Virus record (IMG/VR): IMGVR_UViG_3300048881_000780
DNA from: a virus
Taxonomy: Duplodnaviria > Caudoviricetes
Length of the DNA stretch: 64,000 bases
Direction: 5' to 3' (one strand)
Shown here: positions 10,919 to 20,857 of the stretch, in pieces
How the letters are laid out: each line of letters begins with the position of its first letter
Numbering within the stretch: position 1 is the stretch's first letter
Notes under the pieces: model-generated
Told to the model about the DNA's origin: nothing
What the model saw: the letters and a program-made list of their open reading frames with translations, nothing else
Databases searched by the model: none
Translations under genes and position numbers: made by a program

Positions 10919-11140
10919 TTAATCGATAAGGTCTTCTAGATCTCCAATATTGCTCTCAATAATATCAAAGAACTCCTCTATAGTACTCTCACTTAAATTG
11001 CTGAGATTTTTATTGTTAGCAATATTCTTTATGTAGAACTCTCTTAAAGAGAATATACATATTGCCATGTCTGTATTTTTTAGGACTCGATTAACTTCTT
11101 TTTTATCTTTCTTGTCATCAAGCTCTATAGTTATTTTCAT
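10919..11140 (-). CDS. hypothetical protein
   Basis: 73-aa ORF in operon. Confidence 0.6.
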   Translation of the reverse strand: MKITIELDDKKDKKEVNRVLKNTDMAICIFSLREFYIKNIANNKNLSNLSESTIEEFFDIIESNIGDLEDLID

Positions 11141-11141
11141 C

Positions 11142-11768
11142 TTAAGTACCTTTATTTAAGTTGAAGTGCGAGAGTAGCTTATTATAAATTCTCGCGGTAT
11201 TATAAGCGTCACATAGAGCATTGTGGGATGACAGGAGTCTTTCTTCATATCTTAAATGTAAGAACTGAAAATTATCCTTCTTGATGACCCCCATCTTTGC
11301 CATTGACTTTGAAAGACCTGATCTAGGTTTCATGTCATTAACAATAGCAAAATTTTGATACAACTTTTTAACATCAATTGGAAAAGAGAATCCATAATCT
11401 CTAACTTTAACGCCTTTAAAGAGTGCTTTAGTGTCACCACTACCCCACTCAATAATTGCATCTTCTGTTTGATATTTTTCTTTAAGCTCTCTCATTTTCT
11501 CTCGAGCATCGTTAATCGTGAAGGGGCTATTATTGCAATCCTCATCTTTAATATTTGTTAATTTCTTTATAAAATGTGAAATTTTATATTTGTAATTAAT
11601 ATTCATTTCAACATTTTCTAAGATATTTATGTCTCCATTAAAATTTAATTCAAAGACCGTTAAACCAACTTGAATAATTGTGGCCTCCTTTACCTTTGAG
11701 TCTCTAGTTTGAGGTTTTGTGTTTGGTTGCTCTAGTTCTAAATCAAGAGATATAAATCTTTTATTCAT
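11142..11768 (-). CDS. DEDDh 3'-5' exonuclease (KapD/ERI1-like)
   Basis: SLDLE, WGSGD, HNALCDA motifs. Confidence 0.85.
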   Translation of the reverse strand: MNKRFISLDLELEQPNTKPQTRDSKVKEATIIQVGLTVFELNFNGDINILENVEMNINYKYKISHFIKKLTNIKDEDCNNSPFTINDAREKMRELKEKYQTEDAIIEWGSGDTKALFKGVKVRDYGFSFPIDVKKLYQNFAIVNDMKPRSGLSKSMAKMGVIKKDNFQFLHLRYEERLLSSHNALCDAYNTARIYNKLLSHFNLNKGT

Positions 11769-12297
11769 TAATTAATTCCTTTTTTTGAATTCCTGCTTCT
11801 ACACCACTAGCAAAGGGAAGTGTTTCGCGGTAAATGCTCAATACGTACTCTCTAAAATCTTTTTTGTAATTCTTTGCATATTTATGAAAAGCAGAACTAA
11901 TTAATTTATATTTCATTGTATGCTTTACTCGATCGTAGTAGATACTCTTAAAAGGTGATATCGGTTTATTGGCCGTTATAATATATGAAATGGCAAAGTG
12001 CTCAATAAGACTATGAATCTCAATCTTAAGCTCCTCACAGCCTTCTATTTCATCAATATCTTTAAAGAGAAGTTCTCGACACTTCTTTTTAATTCTAATA
12101 ATTCTTTGAATATTACCCCAAGTTGTATTAAACCTATCCGTTAGATCAATAAAGTTTTCTTCTTCCCTAGTTTTAATTTCAAAATACTTAGTCCAAAAAT
12201 ATGAAGCAAAACCAACGAGAGCTAATATGATACTTAAGATAAAACTTAAAAACTCTGCGTTTGATTTTATATAATCTAGTGTAATAAAACTCACCAT
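11761..12297 (-). CDS. membrane-anchored hypothetical protein
   Basis: N-terminal TM helix. Confidence 0.6.
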   Translation of the reverse strand: MVSFITLDYIKSNAEFLSFILSIILALVGFASYFWTKYFEIKTREEENFIDLTDRFNTTWGNIQRIIRIKKKCRELLFKDIDEIEGCEELKIEIHSLIEHFAISYIITANKPISPFKSIYYDRVKHTMKYKLISSAFHKYAKNYKKDFREYVLSIYRETLPFASGVEAGIQKKELINE

Positions 12298-12635
12298 TAT
12301 TTTACCTCCACTAATTTGCCTTTAAATATCTTTGAGTAGCTCAAAGCGTTTCCAATGGGCATTGACATACTCTCCATTCCACAAGGATACAGTACTCTGG
12401 CCTGTGGTAAGCGCATGGCCCTAGAGCTTCTTAGAAGTCCTTCGTGATAATAGAAATTTGGGCTCTTGTGAGCAATATAAAGACGAATCTTAAATTTATT
12501 CTCCGAAAATGGAATGATAAGAAATTCAATTAGATGAAATCTTAAAAAGAATATGATCACTAAAGTTATAAATGAAAGAATAAGCATAGAAGCTCCTTTA
12601 AATACCTCCTCTCTTGTAGAGAGGGTCTTGACCAT
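12297..12635 (-). CDS. membrane-anchored hypothetical protein
   Basis: N-terminal TM helix; lies downstream of the CA-loop leader. Confidence 0.55.
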   Translation of the reverse strand: MVKTLSTREEVFKGASMLILSFITLVIIFFLRFHLIEFLIIPFSENKFKIRLYIAHKSPNFYYHEGLLRSSRAMRLPQARVLYPCGMESMSMPIGNALSYSKIFKGKLVEVK

Positions 12636-12665
12636 TAATTTCCCATGGCCATTTATATTTATAAT

Positions 12666-12720
12666 CTTTCTAAATCCATTGAAAGTTTGCTAATGATCGA
12701 AGTGTGGTCAATCACTAACA
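12666..12720 (-). ncRNA. CA-loop structured RNA or leader, copy A
   Basis: Promoter TTGACA(12755-12750)-N17-TATTCT; 10-bp stem with loop CCACACU, then CUUUC..GAAAG hairpin also seen at 44261-44280. Confidence 0.45.
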
Positions 12721-12843
12721 GAACTTAGAATACAACAATTAACACATTGTGTCAAATAACGACTTAACAAGTTTTTATCACATTACTTAAGTGCAAGTAA
12801 TTAAAAGCTTTTTTAAATTAAGGTTTTATTTATAATTTAAATA

Positions 12844-12872
12844 TTGACGACCTGCGTTAAGACCGATATTAT
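12844..12872 (+). promoter_or_regulatory. sigma70-type promoter of sRNA copy 1, overlapped by the 17-bp palindrome
   Basis: TTGACG-N17-TATTAT, conserved in all three copies. Confidence 0.8.
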
Positions 12873-12878
12873 AAACTT

Positions 12879-12966
12879 GTAGGAACGACCAATTCTAGGT
12901 CAAATCTCCTACTCCTTATGTGTGTGTATGTGTGTGTAAGAAGAGACTCGAAAGAGTCTCTTTTTA
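12879..12966 (+). ncRNA. putative ~88-nt sRNA copy 1 (5' hairpin, anti-SD/GU-rich seed, terminator)
   Basis: GTAGGA/TCCTAC and GACC/GGTC stems; CTCCTTATGTGTGTGTATGTGTGTG; AAGAGACTC-GAAA-GAGTCTCTT plus T-run; near-identical to 43906-43995 and 58316-58405. Confidence 0.8.
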
Positions 12967-13022
12967 TTTTAAGATTTACATTTATAACGCATCATGTTAA
13001 AATAAATTAAAGCGAGGTAGAT

Positions 13023-13157
13023 ATGTCAAATAGAACTATACAAGAAGATTGTTCTCACTCTTTTAACTGTGATGGTTTTTGCGAGTACTGTGGAATATCA
13101 GAGCACGATTACGAATCATCATGCTGTAGCGGCGAGGAGATTGGTCGTTATGAATAA
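13023..13157 (+). CDS. small Cys-rich protein (44 aa, absent from ORF track)
   Basis: GAGG RBS; MSNRTIQEDCSHSFNCDGFCEYCGISEHDYESSCCSGEEIGRYE. Confidence 0.5.
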   Translation: MSNRTIQEDCSHSFNCDGFCEYCGISEHDYESSCCSGEEIGRYE

Positions 13158-14424
13158 GACTTCTCCCTTTATTAGTACATGGAAAATTATAGATAAGAGA
13201 ATTACTTTTCCTTTTAAGAGAAGTGCTAATATTAATTGCACTATCGACTGGGGAGATGGAACGCAATCTCATGTTACTAACTACTTTGATAAGAATAATA
13301 CTCACATCTATAAAGAAAATGGTGAGTATGAAATTAGTATTGTCGGAGATATATTCGAGCTTGATATAAAGCTTGAGGAAAGTGCGAGAATAGTTAAAGT
13401 TTCATCTATGGGTAGATGCTCTTGGAGAGTTTTTAAAGCAATGTTTTGTGAATGTCTGTATCTAAGAGAGTTTAACTCTGGAGACTGTGACTCTTCCTAT
13501 ATAAGCGATATGTATTCTATGTTTAACGGTTGTAAGAGCTTAAAAAAGGTAGTTATTGATTCTTTTGATACTTCAAATGTTTTTGATATGGAATTTATGT
13601 TTGCTAATTGTGAAAACCTAAATTCCTTGCAATTAAAAAACTTTACAAATGAAAGTGTTGTTACAATGCGAGGAATTTTTGAAGGACTCTCAAAGTTAAA
13701 AAGATTAAACTTATCAGACTTTAAGACTCCTAGGGTGCAGATTTTTTCTAGTATGTTTTCGAGTTGTACCAGCTTAAAGAAACTAAACTTAAAATCCTTT
13801 AATACGAGTAATGCTAAATCAATGATTAGTATGTTTAATGCTACTGTATCTCTAGAAAGTCTCGATATCTCTACTTTTCAAACTGGAAACGTTATAGATA
13901 TGCGCTCCATGTTTAATCGCTGCTATGTAAGTGAGCTTAAACTAGATCACTTTGACACGTCATATGTATCATCGATGGAAAATATGTTCAGAGGAATGAT
14001 CAATCTCAAAGAGATAGATATTTCAAATTTTAATATTAAAAATGCTCTATCTCTTCATGGATTATTTAATTCTTGCTCTAGTCTTAAAAAAATAAATTTT
14101 GGAGAAATTAATACCTCAAGAGTTAGAGATTTAAGCTATATGTTTAATAATTGTAGCTCTCTTGAATCCTTGGACTTATCTACCTTTGAGACCTCAAGAG
14201 TTCAATCGATGGATAATATGTTTTACTCTATTCCAGAAAAGTTAAAGGTTGATATAACTCACTTTGATTTTGATAAATTAGAGCAAAATCCGTTCAGGTT
14301 CACTAAAAGTAAGCTTATAATAGATAGTAGGTATAAAAAACACTTTAAAGAGTCTGAAGCTAAAGGTGTAGAATTTGGGGTCAATAAGAGAAGGCATCCC
14401 TGGTTCAAATCATTGTACGCTTAA
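13150..14424 (+). CDS. PKD + DUF285/BspA-type LRR protein
   Basis: IDWGDG module, FDTSNVxxMxxMF repeats, GAGGAG before ATG 13150; ends HPWFKSLYA. Confidence 0.9.
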   Translation: MNKTSPFISTWKIIDKRITFPFKRSANINCTIDWGDGTQSHVTNYFDKNNTHIYKENGEYEISIVGDIFELDIKLEESARIVKVSSMGRCSWRVFKAMFCECLYLREFNSGDCDSSYISDMYSMFNGCKSLKKVVIDSFDTSNVFDMEFMFANCENLNSLQLKNFTNESVVTMRGIFEGLSKLKRLNLSDFKTPRVQIFSSMFSSCTSLKKLNLKSFNTSNAKSMISMFNATVSLESLDISTFQTGNVIDMRSMFNRCYVSELKLDHFDTSYVSSMENMFRGMINLKEIDISNFNIKNALSLHGLFNSCSSLKKINFGEINTSRVRDLSYMFNNCSSLESLDLSTFETSRVQSMDNMFYSIPEKLKVDITHFDFDKLEQNPFRFTKSKLIIDSRYKKHFKESEAKGVEFGVNKRRHPWFKSLYA

Positions 14425-14448
14425 GTCTTTTTCACACACGGAGATAGT

Positions 14449-15174
14449 ATGACGGCCTTTGTTAGTAGATGGAATCTTGAGAGAGGATATTTTAAGGCGC
14501 CAGTTATTCGAGATAAGTACACTGAAGTAACTATTGACTGGGGAGATGGCCACAAATCTAATATCTCAGGAGTTGGCAAAGATCAGTATTATCATGAATA
14601 TAAGACTTGCGGTAAATATACTATCAGTATTACTGGAAAAACGAGAGCGATTTCAATTTACCCACGAGATAAACAACTTCTTTTAAGTGTATTATCAATC
14701 GGAGACTTGGGATTAAATACACTACATGGAGCCTTTAAAGATTGTGTAAATATGACTTCATTTACTGGTGAAATTGAAAACTGCATCAGTGATTTATCTT
14801 GGATGTTTGGGTATTGCTTGAAATTATGGTCTGTTGATATAAAAAGTAAGCATGGTAATGCTATAAGAAGCTTTGGAGATATGTTCTATAGTTGTCAATC
14901 TCTAACAAAGGTTAATCTTAGTAAGCTAAATATAGATAATGATAATACTTACTTTTCGAATGTCTTTGGAGGTTGTCTTAAAATTAAGCAAATTACAGCC
15001 CCCTACACTACCGAAGAGAAGAGCGTTTACTTTGGAGACAGTCTTGAGTTGTGTAGAAATAACGTAAAAATTAATGGTGGTGGACTTATAGAGAAATATC
15101 TAAAAGATGAACTTTCAAGAGTCAGTGTAATTCACAATAAGTATGATGGTAATTGTGGGGTTGGACATGGGTAA
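14449..15174 (+). CDS. PKD + DUF285-type LRR protein, divergent, lacks tag
   Basis: IDWGDG, degenerate repeats. Confidence 0.8.
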   Translation: MTAFVSRWNLERGYFKAPVIRDKYTEVTIDWGDGHKSNISGVGKDQYYHEYKTCGKYTISITGKTRAISIYPRDKQLLLSVLSIGDLGLNTLHGAFKDCVNMTSFTGEIENCISDLSWMFGYCLKLWSVDIKSKHGNAIRSFGDMFYSCQSLTKVNLSKLNIDNDNTYFSNVFGGCLKIKQITAPYTTEEKSVYFGDSLELCRNNVKINGGGLIEKYLKDELSRVSVIHNKYDGNCGVGHG

Positions 15175-16546
15175 GAAAAAAAATAAGGAAAGTTGCCCTC
15201 TTACTAGATTTAGAAAAGTTTATGGAAATTACAATAGTGAAAGTATTTTAAAGGCCTGTGAAAAAGGTGACTTTAAAATGTTATTAGATATAGTCACAAG
15301 TGAAGAACTTGAAGGTATGCCAAAAGGATATGTACTAATGTCCATTCCTAAATTTGACAAAGAGCGTATCTACTATGATTTTATAAATAACTTTCAAGAT
15401 AGCGACTCCCCCTATTTAAGAGAAGCGTGCGTAAAAGCTCTCTATGAATATTTAGATACTGAAAACTCTAAAGAAGTTGATTCTTTTAAACTTAAAATCA
15501 CTAATATTAGATATAACTCTAAAGACTTCCCTGGTGTCGTCAAGAGAATTGATTCTATATTTAAGTGGCTTGGGTCAAGTGAAGATCAAGATAAACTAGA
15601 ACTTGCTAAAGATACCATTAGGTATTTACTTAAATATATTGTCGAAAAAGATGAAGAACATCACGATTATTCAAAGAGTAGCGTTGATAATCATCAACTC
15701 TATAGTGAAGTTGAAAAGGAAAGAATTTCAACATTTTTAATGAATAATAGAAAATTTAATACGACAACCAGAGATTTATTTAGAAGCTTGTATCAGGATC
15801 ACTATGTTGATCTTAATTTTGTAACACTTGAGAAGATATTTGGAAATCTGGATAGCTTTAGAAGTAACTTAAAGAAAAAGAGTTTACTTGTCCGAGGATG
15901 TGACTATAGTGACAAAGAGGATAGTTTAAGAATTCAAACAACATTTGATAATCTAGAGAGAAAGCTTAGAGAACATCACGGTATAAAATTCTCTTTTAAA
16001 TCTATCTGCATGGAAGAAGTCGATACAGTTGATCTCATAATGAAGCTCACTAGAAATAGAATGAGAGGACTTTTAGACTTAGAGTACTTTTTTTTAGAAG
16101 AGCTTGAAATCTGCAAATCTCTAATGATTGATGGCCTTGAAATATTAGAGAGTGCCAATAGAGGTTATCACGGCAATGGGGAGAATATCCCTTATGGAGT
16201 ATTTTTAGCTAAGTCTTTTCCAAAGCACTGGAAACTTCCAACTGAGATGACAATGAATTTAACAACTCGGGACACAGTTAGCTCTATTTATCACAAAAGT
16301 GATAATCCAATAGTTGACTCCTTGAAGGATAAATTCAAAGAAGATGACGTAAATGCCATAAAGGAGTTCTTAAGAACCCAGATTGATGACTTTGATAAGA
16401 AGTTAGCAAATAGTCACCCGGCGCTTGAGAGTAATTATCAACTGCTGGCCCATAGACTTAGAGATTTTTGTAATTACTACGATATTGAATATACCAGGGC
16501 CATAGAATCATTTTTTAAAGGCCCTGAGAGTTTTAGGGAGTACTAA
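15143..16546 (+). CDS. hypothetical protein
   Basis: 467-aa ORF, start uncertain. Confidence 0.7.
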   Translation: MMVIVGLDMGKKKNKESCPLTRFRKVYGNYNSESILKACEKGDFKMLLDIVTSEELEGMPKGYVLMSIPKFDKERIYYDFINNFQDSDSPYLREACVKALYEYLDTENSKEVDSFKLKITNIRYNSKDFPGVVKRIDSIFKWLGSSEDQDKLELAKDTIRYLLKYIVEKDEEHHDYSKSSVDNHQLYSEVEKERISTFLMNNRKFNTTTRDLFRSLYQDHYVDLNFVTLEKIFGNLDSFRSNLKKKSLLVRGCDYSDKEDSLRIQTTFDNLERKLREHHGIKFSFKSICMEEVDTVDLIMKLTRNRMRGLLDLEYFFLEELEICKSLMIDGLEILESANRGYHGNGENIPYGVFLAKSFPKHWKLPTEMTMNLTTRDTVSSIYHKSDNPIVDSLKDKFKEDDVNAIKEFLRTQIDDFDKKLANSHPALESNYQLLAHRLRDFCNYYDIEYTRAIESFFKGPESFREY

Positions 16547-17523
16547 TGAAGATTTACGAGAGAATTAATGCTACTCACCTATTCTTTTATGGCGGGATTT
16601 TCTCTCAGTGGTACACGCAGGCACCATTTTATGATCAAGAACTAAATTTAAGATTCAGCTCTGGTGAGCAATACATGATGTATCGAAAGGCCCTCTTATT
16701 TAAAGATAGAGACGCTATGGCCAAAATAATGAGTACAACCTCACCAAAAGAAGTGAAAGATCTAGGAAGAGATGTTTCAGGCTTTAAACAAGATATCTGG
16801 GATGCTCATAAATTAGATATTATTGTAAGAGCTAATTTTCTTAAATTTTCGCAAAACGAAGCCCTCTTAAATAAAATGAGAAAGTATGCTCATTTAAAGT
16901 TAGTGGAGGCCTCTCCTGTCGATACTATATATGGAATAGGACTTAAATCCACTGACTCTAGAGTATTGGATGAAAGTAAGTGGAGAGGAGAGAATCTTCT
17001 CGGTGTGGCCTTAATGAGAGCGAGAGATTTAATTTTAAATCAAAACATTTCTCCTCATATTGTCATGAGAAACGCTAGCATTATTAATGCTAGTGAAAAT
17101 ATTATTGCGCATGGGTGCAATACTCAAGGGGCCAGTGGAGCAGGAATTGCGAAGTATATGGCCTTAAAATTTCCCCTATCAGATCGAGAGTATAAAAAAA
17201 GATGTAGAAATGGCGATTTTATACTTGGAGATATTCTCTTTTATCGGGAAAACTCTAAAATAATAGCCAATTGTGCCACTCAGGAGTACTACGGTCGAAG
17301 ACTTAAGATGGATAAGGATTCTGTAGAAAATAGATATCAGGCCATAAGACAATGCTTAACAAGGATTTATGTCAACGCAAAAAGAGAGCAAATGAGCGTG
17401 GCCATTCCAAAACTTGGGTGTGGTAGAGCACGCCTGGATTGGAGTAGAGTATTAAATATAATAAAAGAAGTATTTCACGATTATCCAATTACGATATATT
17501 ATATAGAAGATAAATATTGTTAG
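16546..17523 (+). CDS. NADAR (YbiA-like) - macrodomain fusion
   Basis: FSQWY, EQYMM, KFSQN, LVEASP.D.IYGIG, GENLLG; then IAHGCN..G..GAGIA and IPKLGCG. Confidence 0.92.
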   Translation: MKIYERINATHLFFYGGIFSQWYTQAPFYDQELNLRFSSGEQYMMYRKALLFKDRDAMAKIMSTTSPKEVKDLGRDVSGFKQDIWDAHKLDIIVRANFLKFSQNEALLNKMRKYAHLKLVEASPVDTIYGIGLKSTDSRVLDESKWRGENLLGVALMRARDLILNQNISPHIVMRNASIINASENIIAHGCNTQGASGAGIAKYMALKFPLSDREYKKRCRNGDFILGDILFYRENSKIIANCATQEYYGRRLKMDKDSVENRYQAIRQCLTRIYVNAKREQMSVAIPKLGCGRARLDWSRVLNIIKEVFHDYPITIYYIEDKYC

Positions 17524-17532
17524 GGATTAAAA

Positions 17533-17769
17533 ATGAATGACGATTTAAATAATATCATCAATGACGTCTGGGAAAAAATTAGTAATAGAAGATATCAGCT
17601 AAAGGGTATCATCGAAAAGTACCAACTAGACTACGTAGACTATAAGAACAATCCTGAGGGATCTCCATATAAGAAACAGTATCTACTAGTTAAAGAGTCT
17701 ATGGAAGAGTTGGCGGAACTTGAGTTATTTTCAAAGAATTTAAAGTCTATTGATCCGTATCAAGAGTAG
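17533..17769 (+). CDS. hypothetical protein
   Basis: 78-aa ORF in operon. Confidence 0.55.
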   Translation: MNDDLNNIINDVWEKISNRRYQLKGIIEKYQLDYVDYKNNPEGSPYKKQYLLVKESMEELAELELFSKNLKSIDPYQE

Positions 17770-17784
17770 AAGTAAAAATCCTAA

Positions 17785-18153
17785 CTATTTAGTCCATTTA
17801 ATATTCAAGATAGTGTCTAATGCTTGAGATAGGGTCTGACTAGAGCGCAACCTTAATTCTTCAGAGGCAATAAATTCGTCACTATTTTCTCGGTATTGCC
17901 CCTTGTAGACTGATTGATTTAATAGCAAGTAGTCAACTCCTGAACACTTAGATCTTTCACTATATACCCCACAAGAAAATACTTCTTTCATTGTTTTTTT
18001 CTTTATATTTTCATAGAGGAAATTTACGATATAAGACTTCTTATATTGATTGTGACGAGATGAAGTCCATTTTATAAACTCTTTAAGTTTCACTTTAGTG
18101 ACTTTATCTACAACTGTTACCTTGAATTCATTGCTTTTTACTAGCTTTGTCAT
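17785..18153 (-). CDS. hypothetical protein
   Basis: 122-aa ORF. Confidence 0.55.
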   Translation of the reverse strand: MTKLVKSNEFKVTVVDKVTKVKLKEFIKWTSSRHNQYKKSYIVNFLYENIKKKTMKEVFSCGVYSERSKCSGVDYLLLNQSVYKGQYRENSDEFIASEELRLRSSQTLSQALDTILNIKWTK

Positions 18154-18157
18154 TTTG

Positions 18158-18298
18158 TTACCAATCTAATTTTGAATCTTGCTCGTCATTATCAAAATCA
18201 GCACTAAGCCAGGTATTATCACCGATTGACTCAAAGAAGGCTTCTTTAAGCTTCTCTTTTTGTTCATTTGTTAGTTTCTCATTACTTTTTTTATTCAT
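18158..18298 (-). CDS. 46-aa peptide with internal NTWLSA (absent from ORF track)
   Basis: MNKKSNEKLTNEQKEKLKEAFFESIGDNTWLSADFDNDEQDSKLDW fills an operon gap. Confidence 0.5.
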   Translation of the reverse strand: MNKKSNEKLTNEQKEKLKEAFFESIGDNTWLSADFDNDEQDSKLDW

Positions 18299-18314
18299 AT
18301 CTTAGCTACCACAG

Positions 18315-18533
18315 TTAACCAAACCATTTACGATAAAGTATTGTGGCATCTCTCGTATCCCTTTCAGTTTCTCCAAACTGAGAGGTGTAATCCGAACCAA
18401 ACATTGAAATTTGATCTCTCAGATAGGACATAAAATCCCTCTTAGATTTACTAGCTGAATCACCACTTATAAAAAGAGCGATCATTTGAATAATGAATTC
18501 TTCATCAATATAGTGATCTACTCTAACTCTCAC
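18315..18533 (-). CDS. hypothetical protein
   Basis: 72-aa ORF in operon. Confidence 0.55.
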   Translation of the reverse strand: MRVRVDHYIDEEFIIQMIALFISGDSASKSKRDFMSYLRDQISMFGSDYTSQFGETERDTRDATILYRKWFG

Positions 18534-18778
18534 TAGGATACCTTTTTAAAGTTGTTGATCATGCGAATACCAAAACTCTCATCATGGGGAGTTTTAAATT
18601 TAACAGCAGTTTTACCGCTCTCCCATGGTAAAATGTCGATAACTTCTAGGTGAGTCTGTTCTTTTACTTCTTTTTGGTAATATCCTTCATCTTTATTATT
18701 TTTTAAAATAACGATATCCCCGATCTCAATAGCATCGGAAGATCCCATCTCTAATGAAGTAACCCATGAGTTTGACAT
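18533..18778 (-). CDS. hypothetical protein
   Basis: Likely start MSNSWV after GGAG. Confidence 0.55.
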   Translation of the reverse strand: MSNSWVTSLEMGSSDAIEIGDIVILKNNKDEGYYQKEVKEQTHLEVIDILPWESGKTAVKFKTPHDESFGIRMINNFKKVS

Positions 18779-18835
18779 ATATTCTCCAGAGATATTAATA
18801 ATAACACTGTTAACGCAACATGTCAATATACATTT

Positions 18836-19264
18836 TCAAGAAGATAACTTTTGGTCTTGAATTTCTCTTTGAGTCCGGTTTAACCACTTGTTAATTATTG
18901 GATCTTTTGACTTGTCCAGTAGGTTCTTAAATAGCTTATAGTAAGTCTTACATTTATTATCGAAGAATATTTTACGACCGGAATTTAGAAAAACTACTGA
19001 GATGAATGGTTGATATGGATAATCTGACTCAAAATTCACTAAAATATCTTCATGAAAAAACATGAGTGTCAGATTAGACTCTAGTAAATTGTTAATTCTC
19101 TTATTAGCGTTTAGCGAATCTAATGGAGGTTTACTATTAGATTTGATATTAAATTCTTTAACAAGTTCTCCACACTTAACTACATCAAGAATTTGCTTTT
19201 CATCTTTATAGGATTTGTACCTTCTTTTTAGATAAGTTATGAATCTATTCACCTTGATATCCAC
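18836..19264 (-). CDS. hypothetical protein
   Basis: 142-aa ORF. Confidence 0.55.
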   Translation of the reverse strand: MDIKVNRFITYLKRRYKSYKDEKQILDVVKCGELVKEFNIKSNSKPPLDSLNANKRINNLLESNLTLMFFHEDILVNFESDYPYQPFISVVFLNSGRKIFFDNKCKTYYKLFKNLLDKSKDPIINKWLNRTQREIQDQKLSS

Positions 19265-19805
19265 CTGTCCATTTTTTAATTGATGATATTTTTATTTTTG
19301 AGAACGGAATTTTGTTTTTTAAATTTAATAAGGCCTTTCTTCTTGCGCTGAACTTATCTTTTAAATCATCTTTCTCGAGTTCATGGAGGGATTTATTGGA
19401 GTTACCTGGAATAAACAAATTATCGAACCCAAAACCAATTAACTCTCTATCTGGATCAATTAAACCAGAAGTGCCACCTCTGAAAATATAGATATACTCT
19501 CCATCTGAATATGCAATAGAGGTGATCCAAACAGCAGGAGATTTTTTCTTTAACTCTTTTAATTTAAATTTAATATCTACAACCTCATCCCACTTCTTAC
19601 TTGATCTATCAAAAATCTCTAATACAGTATCTTCAACAAGGTGAAATTCGCGACCAAGTTCAAGTACTTTATGGATAATCACTTCATCTTTATCACCCCT
19701 GACTTCTTTTAAGTCTGGCCCTTTTGATGCCGTAAGATTTGGAAGAATTCTCTTAAATTCTTTAAGTTTATCTTTATTAGATGTAAGTAATGTAAATTTC
19801 TCCAT
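19245..19805 (-). CDS. Ham1/ITPase non-canonical purine NTP pyrophosphatase
   Basis: TSNKDKLKE, LVEDT, GFGFDNLF, SARRKAL motifs. Confidence 0.88.
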   Translation of the reverse strand: MEKFTLLTSNKDKLKEFKRILPNLTASKGPDLKEVRGDKDEVIIHKVLELGREFHLVEDTVLEIFDRSSKKWDEVVDIKFKLKELKKKSPAVWITSIAYSDGEYIYIFRGGTSGLIDPDRELIGFGFDNLFIPGNSNKSLHELEKDDLKDKFSARRKALLNLKNKIPFSKIKISSIKKWTGGYQGE

Positions 19806-19814
19806 ATTTAAACC

Positions 19815-20834
19815 CTACGCCAATGCCTCTAACCAGGTATTAATGGGTTTGCTCTCACTGGCCCCATCAAATCCTTTAATAAACCTAAGAGACTTGGAAT
19901 TAAACGTAATATTACTTTTACACTGGTACAAAAAAGACTTTCTCTTAATATCATCAGAGATCGTAAATCCTGAGAAATTTACCTTTGGGGCCACAAAACC
20001 ATTAAACATATCTGCGATAGTGATTGCGGAATTGGATTTAAATCCACGTAGATCTAAATTTCTTTCAAGCGAACACCTTGAGAACATTTCTATAAAGTTT
20101 TGAGCTTTTTCAGTTTTAAAATTTGATAGATTAAGATTTTTAAAACTAGAATCCTGAAACATTCTCTCCATGGTTTTACAATTTCTAGTATTGAAATTTG
20201 AAAGGTCTAAATAATCTAAGTTAAGTTGAGAAAACATCGCAGTCATACAAAGAACTTTTTCTGTGTTAAATGATTTGATGTTCAGCGATTCGAGACTGTG
20301 CATCTCAGAAAACATATGTCCCATATAGAGAACATTAGCTGTGTTAAATGAACTTAAATCTAACCTTTCTAGAGAATAGAGTTCACTAAAGGTACCTGAC
20401 ATATCGTTTACATTTGAGGTGTCAATATTGAGAGTTAATTCCTTAATATTATGACATCTAATAAACATTTCAGAGATACTACTAACATTACTAGTATTAC
20501 AAGTTCCAGAGTTAAATTTTTTGAGATCGAAACAATTTGCAAAGCTATACCATAGATTTTCCCATTCGCAATCGCCAAGATTTTTTACCTCTATAAGGGT
20601 GGCACCTTCAACATTTGAAGATACCCAACTCTTTAAGTTTCCAGCTATTGAAATGGTATAAATACCAGCTGTCTTATAGGTGTGGGTTGCCTTGACGTTA
20701 CCAGTAATATTTTCTAAGTCAGATCCGTCTCCCCAGTCTATTAGTAAGTTGACATCTATTCCATTATTAGTGGGGAGAGTGATCTTATTGTCGCTACCAA
20801 TAGTTTGCCAGCAACTTACAAATGATTCTTTCAT
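19815..20834 (-). CDS. PKD + DUF285-type LRR protein
   Basis: IDWGDG, LGDCEW, repeats; ends NTWLEALA. Confidence 0.9.
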   Translation of the reverse strand: MKESFVSCWQTIGSDNKITLPTNNGIDVNLLIDWGDGSDLENITGNVKATHTYKTAGIYTISIAGNLKSWVSSNVEGATLIEVKNLGDCEWENLWYSFANCFDLKKFNSGTCNTSNVSSISEMFIRCHNIKELTLNIDTSNVNDMSGTFSELYSLERLDLSSFNTANVLYMGHMFSEMHSLESLNIKSFNTEKVLCMTAMFSQLNLDYLDLSNFNTRNCKTMERMFQDSSFKNLNLSNFKTEKAQNFIEMFSRCSLERNLDLRGFKSNSAITIADMFNGFVAPKVNFSGFTISDDIKRKSFLYQCKSNITFNSKSLRFIKGFDGASESKPINTWLEALA

Positions 20835-20857
20835 TATTAACTTCCTTGTTGTGCTTA

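Noticed and set aside
12879-12966. tRNA, IS end or simple microsatellite explanation for the triplicated element
   Set aside because: No cloverleaf, terminal inverted repeats or transposase; the TG run sits in a conserved promoter-hairpin-terminator unit.
18836-19264. NKWLNRT as another instance of the C-terminal tag
   Set aside because: Lacks the [SA]-[LI] positions and lies further from the terminus than the accepted cases.
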